Numbered from the whole stretch's first letter, positions 11,408-22,669 are shown. The stretch: DNA of 63,950 bases, filler included, from Licmophora abbreviata (GCA_900291995.1; 8 parts of 8 records of this genome joined end to end with filler, not necessarily neighbours in it), one strand, 5' to 3'. Numbers and translations: made by a program. Notes: generated from the sequence alone by a model not told the origin.

Positions 11408-12946
11408 ATGAAGACTTCTCCTCTGTTCACGTTGATATCGTTGATTTCGTCCGCAGCGGCGACGACGCTAGTAAGTGGGTCCAGGTCTCGTCTCCCCATG
11501 AGCCTGTCTTCTGTCATCAACGATCTGGAGGCGGAAGGTGTCGCGCAAGTGACGTGCGCCTGCTTGCTGACCAGTCGTGGCGTCACGATCGCGCAGCGAA
11601 AACAACTACTCCACGACCTGTTTGGGATCTTTGGTGGTGAAGACGAGTCGAGCATGTCCGCCTTTGGCACACAGCCTTCCAGCGAGTTGTTCGACGAACA
11701 GCACGGACTAGCCATTGCTCACCCCGACCCATCCACCTCCGCGAATGATGTCGCATCTACTGCTCTTGCCTGCAGTGGTACCGTAGTGTACGTGCCAAGC
11801 GCCGTCGATCTGACTCGCGGTGAAGGACTCTTCGACACGCTGGCCCCGGCCATGGAGCGTTTGCTGGCAGCTCAGCAGAAGGCGTCGTTGGTAGTGGTCA
11901 TCACCCCTGATATTGACATGGCCTCTGCCAAGTCCCACCTCGAGCAGTCGGCCACTTCCATCCTCTCGTCATTGATCACCAAGAAAAAGGCTACCACACT
12001 GTCTGATGTCTTCCACAGCGTACAGTACTTGCAGCAAGGGGAGGACTCAGTGGAAGACGTTTTGTGTGGACTGAACTGCCACTGCGAGCCTGCTGATGCC
12101 ACTGCCGCAGTTGCATCCACAGTTGATATAATGACCTCCCTTGTCGGATCGCTCCCTGCCGGTGCTGACAGTCTGATCATGAATTCGATGGCACTCACCT
12201 CTCCCAAAGACCTCGCAGCGGCCCGTCGGCTCGGACCAGCTGCGCGAGCGGCTCTAGACGAAGCCGTCAATACTGTGGAGGTGGCTTCGGCCAACAGCAG
12301 TGGCGGGCTGATCACCAGCTTTCGAGAACTATGCTCTGCGATAGTTAAGCAAGCTCTTCGAGACATTGACTCTGCTTTCCAGGGAAACACAGGGGTGGCC
12401 AAACAAATTCGCTCTAGTCTCAATGATGAGCTGCATGCTGAGCTCGGGGACCTTCTCGTAGACCAGCTGAATCTATTGCAGGCCGCGTCGTTCGAGAGCT
12501 TCCGCAGAGATCTATCACAGCTCAAGGTTTCTCCGGCTCTAGCGCACGACATGAACACTGTCGTAGAGAAGTCTATTGTCGAGTTTTCTAAGGCTTTGAA
12601 GAACATGCAAATCCCTGGATCAAACAGTTCTATCCACGCCGCTAGGACAGAGTTCTCTCGACGATTACATGAATACTGCGCGGAGCGCTTGCTTGCCGCC
12701 CGAGCGAGTGGGGCATATAAAAGACCCCCCCGCAAAGGTGTGACAGTAGGTTTGCATTGGCTGCTTCCCAAGCCATTCGGAAATGATTTCCGCCAAGAAC
12801 CGTGGTCTGTGCACGCTACCGACAATCTTGTGTATATACCACAGGACAAGATAACGGACGTTTCTCCGGAAGACATTCGCGAGGGAAACTGGAGGCGCAA
12901 GATTGTTCCTAGTCCAGCTAGCCGGGAAATGGTTTACATGCAGTAA
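11408..12946 (+). CDS. Uncharacterised protein with signal peptide; remote Sey1/RHD3-like features
   Basis: 512-aa intronless ORF with hydrophobic N-terminus and helical C-terminal half; the family resemblance is by eye only. Confidence 0.7.
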   Translation: MKTSPLFTLISLISSAAATTLVSGSRSRLPMSLSSVINDLEAEGVAQVTCACLLTSRGVTIAQRKQLLHDLFGIFGGEDESSMSAFGTQPSSELFDEQHGLAIAHPDPSTSANDVASTALACSGTVVYVPSAVDLTRGEGLFDTLAPAMERLLAAQQKASLVVVITPDIDMASAKSHLEQSATSILSSLITKKKATTLSDVFHSVQYLQQGEDSVEDVLCGLNCHCEPADATAAVASTVDIMTSLVGSLPAGADSLIMNSMALTSPKDLAAARRLGPAARAALDEAVNTVEVASANSSGGLITSFRELCSAIVKQALRDIDSAFQGNTGVAKQIRSSLNDELHAELGDLLVDQLNLLQAASFESFRRDLSQLKVSPALAHDMNTVVEKSIVEFSKALKNMQIPGSNSSIHAARTEFSRRLHEYCAERLLAARASGAYKRPPRKGVTVGLHWLLPKPFGNDFRQEPWSVHATDNLVYIPQDKITDVSPEDIREGNWRRKIVPSPASREMVYMQ

Positions 12947-13241
12947 GTAGACGTACAGTCCCGGTACAGGGTTCAGACCTTAGGTAACGAATGAATGGAA
13001 CACGAGACACCGGTCAGTACCAAACTTATCAACAAGCCAAGAACTCAAAACTCACTAAACACCCAGAGAACTCTTCCACTAGGCAGATGCCTGCAATTCG
13101 TAAGACGTAGTCCTTTATTTGTTCAGCCTTTCTTCGCCTGCNNNNNNNNNNNNNNNNNNNNNNNNNNNNNNNNNNNNNNNNNNNNTTAATTAATTAANNN
13201 NNNNNNNNNNNNNNNNNNNNNNNNNNNNNNNNNNNNNNNNN

Positions 13242-14283
13242 GGCGAATGGTGGCATTAGTATTCTCCAAGAAGAATTTCTCTTCTATTGAGACTGCGCAA
13301 TCCACAACTCTGTCTGCTTTGTCTTGCAATATTGACTCTGTATAGTATCGTGCGGAAGGCAAACTTCTATTTCCTTCTCTTTCCACGTCAGCCATGAAAT
13401 CTGTCATGCCTGTTCTTGCATAGACTGCCAAAACAAGAGAATTCCTATCCCGCAAGGCGGGGAGGACATCTGTGAAAAGACCAGGATGGTACTGTGAAGC
13501 TGTTGGCGACAAATGAAATAGAGATCCAAGCGAGCATGCCATTCCGGTCTCCAAGGTAAATCCAGAAAGGTACTTTTCAACATCTTGATAGGACGAGCGA
13601 TTGACCCAGAATCCGCCGTAGTTCGAATAAGCAAATCGGTACCGAGGAACGTCGGCAATGGGGGTTTCTCCACGGTCGACCGCTGTTGAAACCTTTCGCT
13701 CGAGATTTTGGTGTGGGGGTCCGAAGCAGTTCTCTGCTTGGGAGCAGTTAAATCCAGATGGAACGGTCCAATTATAGAATGCGCCATCCGTAATTGGAAC
13801 TGGAACTGGAACTTTCAGAGCCGAAGAGGGAACAAGCACACTGTCGATTTGAACTGAAGGACCGTAGTCAAAGACCAGGTCACATCCAAGCTGCTGAGCT
13901 ACAACCGACGCCGTCACAATGTCGGAAAGCCACATGCCTAGGCCTTCGCTATTTCCTTGTCGAGGTTGACCAGATAGTGTACACTTTGACGTAACTGGGG
14001 TGAATTGTCCCATGGTCCAGGCGCACTGCCGAGAGAATGCTTCGGTACCATATGGAGGGAATCGAAACAACACTTCACCATCAAGAGTCCACTGAGGGCG
14101 ACTCTGCTCCTCACCCTTTGATGCGAAAGGCGGCATCTCTGAGGCCCCGATATGGAAATTATGGCGGGAGAGGATGCTGGAATCGGTATCAGGGATTCTA
14201 TGAACCGCTGCGAACAGAAGAAGAGTCACCGCAGCGCCGTACGTGCCAACCGCCACCAACACCAATCTAGCAAGAAAACCCAT
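13242..14283 (-). CDS. Type II membrane protein, putative glycosyltransferase (fucosyltransferase-like); 3' end in gap
   Basis: N-terminal TM (LVLVAVGTYGAAVTLLLFAAV); EGLGMWL..A..AQQLG and LAVYARTG resemble the GLGN and vHvRrG motifs of GT-B fucosyltransferases. Confidence 0.5.
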
Positions 14284-14491
14284 ATCAGCGATTCACTGGC
14301 GGTGAGCAACGAAAGACATCGCCAGCGACATATACGAGTCAAAAACTGGTACCAGGCGGGTGAACTCTGCAATACATACGGCGGTACAAACCAGCTACCA
14401 GTCATCGGTACCTCAGGCAAGGGGCGCAATGATGATCAGTTGCCGGTGCCGCGGTCATTGCGAACTTCGAAAAAAGAAAAAAACTTCATGT

Positions 14492-14535
14492 GAATGTGAG
14501 TCAGTCGAGTCACGAATGTGAGTCAGTCGAGTCAC
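14492..14535. repeat. Perfect 22-bp tandem duplication GAATGTGAGTCAGTCGAGTCAC x2
   Basis: Read directly from the sequence; each unit contains TGAGTCA. Confidence 0.92.
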
Positions 14536-15214
14536 GAATCACGGATTGTCAGTTCCAACAATCCAAACTTATTCGAATCATTCGACTTTTTTCCGATCGG
14601 GTATGAAATTCTCGAGGGCGGACGATGAAGGGTTGCACCCGGAGCGGGGATTCTCAACCCGAACGAGAACGAACGTCTTCCGGCTTCCGGAGGAGGTCTC
14701 CATATATTACCGCCTACTTGTACCATAGAACCGCAAACAAGTTCTACCGGTAAAATACCTGGTACCTGGCTCGTTACGGATAGAATAGCGAGATGATCGG
14801 AGACAAAGCGCCTGTGATATATTAGACTTTACTAGTCCACTGGGTTATTTACCTCGTACCCCTTTGTTGTACCTGGTATCGACAATGAAGGATGCGGCCA
14901 CCCTTTTGAGCTTCCGTATTATGGAAGAAGTCTATGTCGGAGGAGTCCCATTTTAACTCTGTCTGCAGGCTCGGACTTCAAACTTTCCTAAAGATGCGCA
15001 ATACAATGCATACAAGGAAGGGTCGAACTTTAAACTTTCCTAAAGATTCTATTTCTTTGAAAACACACTCTTCACTCAACATCATAAACGACAATGCTGC
15101 AAGGAAGAGGACCGACTAGCGGGTACATACATGGCAGTGTCACCCGCTATCAAACTTAAACCCCGCATCCAAGGTTCCTATCTCAGCCGTGACAACATCT
15201 TGGAAAGGAACAAT

Positions 15215-16503
15215 TTAGGTCATGAGACCGCTATTGTCGACACCACTTCGGGTGGCTTGCTTCTTTTCTGCGGTTGTGAGAGGAGTTCGACAATAGAATG
15301 ACAGCAAGAATGAGAATCTTTCCTTACGAACGAGCGAGCGAGCGCAACCTAACACACTTTGGACTGTACTTACTCTGCTGCATGAAGAACCAGTATCCGA
15401 CTCCTCCAATGAGAGCAATAAGGATGATCCAGAAGATAAACTTTCCAGCCGCTCCCATGCCAGCCTCAGCAGGATTGAGCTCTTCGATGTACTCGCAAGA
15501 AGATTCGTCTTTTCCGTAGTATTCGGAATAGGCTTCCATGCCCGTTTCACAGCGTAGAGAGTCCTGGTAGAGTTGCGTGCAGAACTCAGGGACACCGTAA
15601 CCACTGCCATCTTCGTCCTTCTCGTAGCATGAGATGCACTCGGTGCCAACGACTCCTCCACTCGAGTAAGGAAGACCATACTCGTCTCCAGTGACGGCTT
15701 CGTAGGTGTAATCCTCTTCAACGGTGGAACAGTACTGGTCCGAGTACCACTCAAGCTTGATGTCATCGCCGTCCTCGGTACAGGCTGGTCCAACGAAGAA
15801 TTGGATGCCTTCTTCAAGGTTACGCTTGCGACCTTCGCCGTTGCCGTCATCCTGCTGGATTTCGAACTCACGGCACTCAGAGTACTCCTGAAGATTGAAT
15901 TCGTTTTCGGTGGCATCCTCTCCGTCCTCACGGTTCATCTCGACGTAGGCATTGACGAACGAGTTGAGGCCGACAACCATGTCTCCGTATCCAGAGCTGC
16001 AGCCCTTAGCTGAGTCGTAGGAGCAGTCCTCGCTGGGACAGAGACGGTAGACGACGGCATTGTACTCGTACTCTCCCTGCTCGTTTTTGACCTTCTCGCC
16101 CGCCTTACAGGAGACGAACTTGATGTCGTAGTACTGCAAATGAGTTCAACAGAAAAAAGAGAGCGTGTGAGTTTTGGCGAAGTCAGCCAAGAAAAGAAGC
16201 CCTCACGATTCTCTGTGATCACCGACAGAAGTCCACAGTGATATCTTCACTCTCGTCGACTGATCGCAATCTAGAGGAACTCATGGAGAACCCTGCGAAA
16301 ACGTAACCTACCTGGAGATACGAATAAGCATCTTCATCCTGCTCGCCACCTTCCTCAGCACGACGAGACTGCTCGACAAGCTTGCGAAGAGCAGGGCTGT
16401 TCTTGGTCGAACGAACAGCGTTCGACTTCTGGAACAGAGTTTTCGAGGCGGCAGCAGAGGCTGCTGAGGCCAAGAGGAAGGAGAGAGCGATGGAAAGCTT
16501 CAT
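15215..16503 (-). CDS. Silicanin (Sin1/SiMat7)-family type I membrane protein; 3 exons
   Basis: Signal peptide, RKL/RRAEE propeptide region, Cys pattern VVYRLCPSEDC..GCSSGYGDMVVGLNSFV, FFVGPACTEDG, CISC..FCTQLYQDSLRCET..CEYIEEL, single TM and short basic tail; introns 16134-16311 and 15268-15373. Confidence 0.8.
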
Positions 16504-17050
16504 GGTCAACAACAAGAGCAGCAGCTGCAATTATGACAGCTTTGGTAAAGGAATGGAAAAAGATTCTGGCAAGGAGCGAAGAGCGGCATTCGTGGATGGA
16601 GGATAACGTTATAGATTTTCTGGGACCAATGATGTATCATTCACGTATTCAAGAATATATTTCAATCAAATATACATTGAAAATCTTGGCGATTTTGGGT
16701 TCGCTACCAGAGAACGCTGGGCTGTCTCGCCAAATAACGGAACAAACAGTCCGTCTTGAGCGAGGGACTGACTGACTCGCGACTCGCCGACGAACGACTA
16801 GCTCGACTTGACTTTTCAGGTTTTTACGAACCTACTCGTACTACGAGTACGAAGTAAAAAAAAGATTCGATTCACTCGACTCGTTCGACTGGGGCCTGGC
16901 AGCGACCTGCTTTTGCGTTACACTACCCCTTGCCTGTACCGGTACCAGGTACCGTACGGCGTGTTGTTACGATGCTCTCTAGCTAGATGGGTGCCTAAAG
17001 TAACTTTCCGTGCAGTATCTCAGATGCTTGTGTCTTCATTTCTGCTCGGT

Positions 17051-18412
17051 CTAGATTCCCAAGTCGCCAGTAATTTGCCATACGAGCAGCTTGCCATCAT
17101 CTCCACCAGAGTAGAATGTGCTTGACGGCCCTGCACAAAGAGCCTTGACGGCACCGTTATGTCCTGCTGAGTACTTCTGACTCAGCGTCATCAGCAGACA
17201 GAACGCCGGTGTCTTCTGCGATTGTACCAGATTCCGCACCATGATGTTACCACACTCGAGACCAACCAGCAGTAGCGGATGCTTATTCGATAAATCCGTC
17301 GAAAGTGCCATACACTCAACACCCGAGCCATGTGACTCACTAGCGACGCATTCTCCATTCGACCCATTCCAAGCCTTAATGCTTCCATCCAATGATGAAC
17401 TCAAGACAAAGGTTCCACTGGGACTGGGGAACTTCAACAAGCTCGTCACCGCTTTTTTGTGACCGTTCGTGGTATCGACATTGCTTTGAGGTGGTTGAGT
17501 CCCCGCTTGTGGTTTATTCTGTGGCGTATGGGTAATCAAGTACTGACACTCGCCCGTACCACTCAGATTCCAGAGCCGAATCGACTTGTCAATTGACGAC
17601 GACCACAAAGTGGAATCAATAATCTGAAGTCCGGTCACTTCCTTCGCATGCCCATAGAGTGATTTGTGAAGCACAAATCTATTGTTGTTGGCATCGAAAC
17701 TCCAAACGCGAATGGCGCCATCTCGCCCACCCGAGACAATCTTGTCTCCTTCTACTGCCAAAGCAGTGACTGTACTCCCATGCGCGTAGGGGATAATGTT
17801 GGGCTGCATTTCAAACTCCATGGGCGGATCGGCAGGTCGAGAAAGATTCCATGCAAACACCATACCGACCTTGACATCGGGCAGAGCCACAGATATACCT
17901 TCGANNNNNNNNNNNNNNNNNNNNNNNNNNNNNNNNNNNNNNNNNNNNTTAATTAATTAANNNNNNNNNNNNNNNNNNNNNNNNNNNNNNNNNNNNNNNN
18001 NNNNGTGAAAGGCACCTCCTTGCGTATTCCAGAGTCTCCACAGACCGTCGTGTGAGCCAGTGAATATTTTGATGGTACCATTTGTTTCCCAAATACTGAC
18101 CGACGAGACGGCATGATACTTGTTCGACTGTCCATTCGAATCGTATCGATTCTGATATCGATTCTGCTGCTGTTGCTGCTGCTGCGGCTTCATGTTACTG
18201 GCATCGATGGAGGCATGTATCTTGACTACATGTGCAAAGGTACAGTTGTTTCCACGAGGACAGGCTCCTGTGGTGGTAAAGTTGTTGCAGGGTCGCATTC
18301 GTGCGCCGTCACCTTCATGATGGCTGCCTCCCCGCCCGCCTCGTCCACCTCCGCGGCCCCTCCCCCCACCACGTCCACCGCCGCTTCGTCCACCACCTCC
18401 TCGATAAGACAT
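17051..18412 (-). CDS. RGG + CCCH zinc finger + WD40 protein (ZFWD-like), interrupted by assembly gap
   Basis: RGG-rich N-terminus; C-x8-C-x5-C-x3-H (CNNFTTTGACPRGNNCTFAH); several WD40 repeats (GRDGAIRVWS, SIDKSIRLWN, SLDGSIKAWN). Confidence 0.82.
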
Positions 18413-19042
18413 AAAGTAGTTCTGTTGACTGAAGGTATTGAATAGAACTGGTGGCGCTGGAGATTCGATGGAGTGCGTGAGAGTGCAGTACGCGCCGCAA
18501 GACCATGCTGAGAGAGGTAGGAGGCAGTCTGCCGGTACCCGATCGACAGTCGAGTTTGCTTTCGATCCTGTTGCCGGTACGACTCTTCACTCCAGCTTCT
18601 CTAATCTACTACAGTAATCCCATGCTTCTTACCTCAATACACCAGTGAAAAGAAACTGTGCGATGGACGGGGCGCAAGTCAATGGTGTCGCAGGGGCATC
18701 AACAGTGGTCAAGCGCTGTCTGGCGCTGTCGACCTTATCTTTGGTCATCGTCAAGTGAACATGACATCACGTAGGCGGCACCGATCTTCGTAGAAACGAA
18801 CGCTGGGTTGATACGGCGGCCCAATCGTGCGATACGGATGGTCCACGGACGACTGAAGACGAACTGCTATCATCCGTTCTGTGATTCCCAATTCCTGCGG
18901 TCCACATACCTGTGGCAGTGAAGTGATGTGTGCAATGTGTTCGAATTTGAAATTCACCATGTTCTATCTTCTCCTTATGGTATCTCCTTATGGTACGAGT
19001 AATACGAACACAATGTGGTTGAACGACTCTCAATTCCCCGTA

Positions 19043-19855
19043 ATGCTCCTCCTGACCCTGTTGAGTGCATCATGGACCGTTTCCGTGGGATTCTCTGTGG
19101 TATCTCTGAATGTATGGCCTCCAAGAATCGTCTCCCATAGTCCAGGCCGTGTTCGTCGTCTACAAGTACATGGGCCAGCCGTGTCGTCCTCTAAATCGTT
19201 TCCTTACAACTCTTCCGGAAGAATACGGGTGGACCCTGCCCTGAAAGATAGATTTGAAAAGAACGGAAGCGTTCTGTATCGACAGTCTGTGTTGACGCGA
19301 GAAGAACTTGCGGCGATAGCATCGGATCTCTCGAGCCTTCGTCTTGCAGAAGAAACGACGTCGTCGGTGGCTCGGCATCGCGTCGGAGCCATTGTGCCAC
19401 AAACAAGTGACACGTTTCGGATATTACAACGCGGGAGCGTACAAAGTTTGATTCAGGCCATTGCAGGACCAGAACATCAGCTTTCCACAATCGTCCCTGT
19501 CGAGGTTCGAGTCTACGAAACAAGAGGGTCTGGCATGGAATGGCACGTCGATGACGTCTTGTACGATCCTCCTCAGCTCGAAGTCGTTCTGACGATCGAA
19601 AACACATCGGACTGTACTACAATGTGGAAGAATATCCGTGAGAGTGCTTCGTTCACCGAAAGCGTGGAAACCTCTGTGAACAGTGTGATCGTTCTGCGGG
19701 CTGGGGAGGCACCACATTGCGTGTCTTCGCTGAAGCGTGGTAGGCGTGTTATTGTCAAATGTGTCTACGTACATGCAGAAGCGACGTTCCACTCTTCCGC
19801 AATGGTCCCCCAATTTGCGGAGAGCAAAGGAAAGCGTCGTTCCCGGAAAAGATAA
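19043..19855 (+). CDS. Fe(II)/2-oxoglutarate-dependent dioxygenase-like protein, probably organelle-targeted
   Basis: RVY..GSGMEWHVDD (HxD), distal APHCVSSLKRGRR (H..R); hydrophobic N-terminus; start codon uncertain. Confidence 0.7.
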   Translation: MLLLTLLSASWTVSVGFSVVSLNVWPPRIVSHSPGRVRRLQVHGPAVSSSKSFPYNSSGRIRVDPALKDRFEKNGSVLYRQSVLTREELAAIASDLSSLRLAEETTSSVARHRVGAIVPQTSDTFRILQRGSVQSLIQAIAGPEHQLSTIVPVEVRVYETRGSGMEWHVDDVLYDPPQLEVVLTIENTSDCTTMWKNIRESASFTESVETSVNSVIVLRAGEAPHCVSSLKRGRRVIVKCVYVHAEATFHSSAMVPQFAESKGKRRSRKR

Positions 19856-19910
19856 AACGGCAGTCCGTTTTGTGCGAAACGTCCGAGACAACGCCATGGG
19901 AAATTCAATT

Positions 19911-20924
19911 CTATTCCATTTTCTCGTTCGTGACGATATATTCCTTTCCAAAGTTCTTGATCATCAAACGCCAGGCCGTGACTGGAAAGTATTGGGATAA
20001 ATACAGCGCCGCGAGTTCTCTCCGTGGAGCAAGCCAACAGTCGTGCGCTTGGGCTTGGTATGCCACTGCCATCATACGTTCTGCCACCCACTTTGGATCC
20101 AAACCGTTTGCAATGTTCTTATCGTGGCCTTTGAATTTTTCCAGTTTTCCCTGCTTGATGTTGGCAACCCAGTTGCTCGGCCCATTCGTCTTGGTAGAAC
20201 CCAAAGACACGTTGAGAATGCAGACGGGGTGGCCCATGATAAAACATTCGGAACGCAATGCCTCCATGAAGCCGCGCAATCCGAATTTTGCTCCTGAGTA
20301 GGCTGATCCCGCAGGTTTTCCAATTCTCCCGGCTACAGAGTTCGTGTTCACAATGGTGCCACCATTCCGTTCCATAGTCGGTAAGACAGCTTTGGTCAGT
20401 TCGGCGTGTGCGAGATAATCCACTTGACACACGTACTGGTCGACCTCATGGGACGAATCCCTTGTCAGGCCGCGTTGTGAAACACCACCGTTGTTTAAGA
20501 GGTAATCAATCTTTCCCCCATGCAGTTTTAATACTTCTTGCGCCTTCTTGGTAAGACATCCATGTGCGTTGCTCAAGTCTAGCGTTATGACCGACACGGT
20601 TCCAGCCCGTCCAGATGCACGGCACTCACGGGCCACCTCTTCTAGGCCCTCTCTACTTCTCGATGACAAAATGAGATGCGCACTACGAGAGGCCAACAAG
20701 AGCGCCAGTTCACGTCCGATTCCACTGCTGGCACCAGTGATCCAGACAACCTTGCCAGCGAGCGCCGTCAAGGGTAGCGTGGGCGTGACCGCGGTGGCAA
20801 AGTCGGAGGAGTTGCGGAACGCAACGAGAAGTTTCACGAATGCGTAGAAGATCCACGCCGACGTAAAGGCGCCAAACACGGCAAGAATCGCTACGATCAT
20901 CTCATGGAAGGAACCTGATGACAT
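19911..20924 (-). CDS. Short-chain dehydrogenase/reductase, DHRS7-like, N-terminal TM
   Basis: VVWITGASSGIG, NNGGVSQR, NSVAG and catalytic YSGAK. Confidence 0.9.
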   Translation of the reverse strand: MSSGSFHEMIVAILAVFGAFTSAWIFYAFVKLLVAFRNSSDFATAVTPTLPLTALAGKVVWITGASSGIGRELALLLASRSAHLILSSRSREGLEEVARECRASGRAGTVSVITLDLSNAHGCLTKKAQEVLKLHGGKIDYLLNNGGVSQRGLTRDSSHEVDQYVCQVDYLAHAELTKAVLPTMERNGGTIVNTNSVAGRIGKPAGSAYSGAKFGLRGFMEALRSECFIMGHPVCILNVSLGSTKTNGPSNWVANIKQGKLEKFKGHDKNIANGLDPKWVAERMMAVAYQAQAHDCWLAPRRELAALYLSQYFPVTAWRLMIKNFGKEYIVTNEKME

Positions 20925-21647
20925 CCGATTCGGAACCGCGATGTCGGATCCTCTCCCGCCTCATAATCTCATGTCTCATCTCACTCATCACTCATCATCG
21001 CATCCTAAATCCAAGATCCAAAACACAAACCTTTGTCAACGCGACGTCAGACGTCACGCGTCTCATCAAGCGCGAGAGGAGAGCCCGGACTATGTGAGCT
21101 CTAGGTGAGGGCATCACAAATGATAGCTCGTGAGCTATTACCGCTTACTATTCACCAGTACTGCAAGAACAGTAGGCTGTACGTAGCACCGTGGTGGACC
21201 CCAACACCGCACTTCTCTTTATCAGGGTGTGAAGGTGTGTGCGACCATGGCGTCGAGACGGATTTTCTGCAGCTCGATCTGAGTTTTCCGTTACAAGCGC
21301 GTGTCTGTGACAATGAAAGGATTGCTCTAGAGGAGGGAAGCGAATGAAAAAGCCCAGGAAGCAGGAAGACTGAGACTCTGGAGGGTTGGCCCTTATTCCT
21401 GTGCTTGTTAATAGTTCTACGACGACGGATGGACGTCGAACCCTGAGATCGTTGCGATCAGGGCAATGCTTCTGTTGTCGCAATGAGGGATCCGTCACAC
21501 GCTTTTGAGCATTGCTTCTTTTGTTGAGATATGACCGGTCATGTGTCTGGGGCCCCCACTCATTTATGCGTGCTCGTTCTTCTGTTCTCACTTTCTCGCG
21601 ACTGCTCTTCTTGAACAACAGTCCGTTCTATTCTACAAGACTTCAGT

Positions 21648-21932
21648 ATGGGAAAGCGCACCAAGAAGGTTGGAATCACGGGAAAGTACGGAACCCGTTA
21701 CGGTTCCACGCTCCGAAAGTTGGTTCGTAAAATTGAGGTGGCCCAGCATTCCACGTATCGTTGTGCATTCTGCGGAAAAGATTCCGTCAAGCGCAGCTGT
21801 GCAGGCATCTGGAAGTGCCGGTGCTGCCGCAAGGTGCTAGCGGGAGGAGCTTACACCCTGTCCACCGCCAGTGCTGTGACTGTTCGGAGTACCATCGGAA
21901 GATTGCGCAGGGTCCAGGCTGAGAATCCGTAG
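21648..21932 (+). CDS. RPL37A: 60S ribosomal protein L37a (eL43)
   Basis: [38 protein letters not shown]. Confidence 0.97.
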   Translation: MGKRTKKVGITGKYGTRYGSTLRKLVRKIEVAQHSTYRCAFCGKDSVKRSCAGIWKCRCCRKVLAGGAYTLSTASAVTVRSTIGRLRRVQAENP

Positions 21933-22375
21933 AGCAATGAAGTGGGTTACTCGAGTACACAGTAAACTAGCTCAGTAGACGGAGATTCTGCCATCATTTA
22001 TCGCATGCGACGTGTCGTATCGTAGGTTCAGCCGAAGATCTTCTTCCTAATACATAGATTGCTATCACATGACCTGCAGGAGTGCCGTCGCACCCCATTC
22101 GTGCTGCAGATGGAAGAAAACATGCATCACTCATTGCACTGCCTTAATTTTTCCTCTCTCGGGGTGCGCGGACGACAGACAGAGGATGATAGACCGCTGC
22201 CCACTGACCACTGCTGTGTTGCTGCACTGTACTCATTGCATGAGCAACTGATGCTGTCTACCGGTGGTACGAATTACGACGAGTACACACACGGCTTCGT
22301 CTACACGTCAACATCTCGTTGCCTCCTCCTGTCCTTCTCTTACGACGTACTCTTCTATCGTACAGAGGATCCAAA

Positions 22376-22669
22376 ATGCCGGAGTCGACAGACTTGGTAA
22401 ATACATTTCTTTTCCTGGACGAATGGACTCGGTGTCTGGGCTCGCGCTATCAGCGAGACCATTTGTACCGTTTTGGGACATTCGACAATTGCAGTCCCCA
22501 GTGGAAGGACATCAAGACTGCCATGGAGGCAAAGCTTAAGCGAGAGGAATCCGAAGCACGAGCTTTGCTGGAAACGACACACTACAAGCAGAATCTTGGG
22601 AGTGATCCGTCAAAGTCGCCAACTGCGGGAGTGATCTGGGAACTTAAAGAGAAGCCAGGATGGGATTGA
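22376..22669 (+). CDS. DUF3128/Emi1 (C22orf39)-like small protein
   Basis: Pattern FLDEWTRCLG..Q..LYRFGTFDNCSPQWKD..K ... IWELKEKP. Confidence 0.62.
   Translation: MPESTDLVNTFLFLDEWTRCLGSRYQRDHLYRFGTFDNCSPQWKDIKTAMEAKLKREESEARALLETTHYKQNLGSDPSKSPTAGVIWELKEKPGWD

Noticed and set aside
11872..12900. 342-aa antisense ORF, and the many other antisense or shifted ORFs over clathrin, GDP-fucose synthase, SET and IleRS
   Set aside because: Shadow ORFs of GC-rich coding sequence with no motifs of their own.
14625..14663. SECIS-like ATGA...GA arrangement
   Set aside because: Helix register and length are wrong, there is no apical AA, and no upstream + strand selenoprotein gene.
21105..21618. ORFs upstream of RPL37A, or a possible snoRNA cluster
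   Set aside because: No protein motifs and no paired C/D boxes found; likely promoter or UTR.
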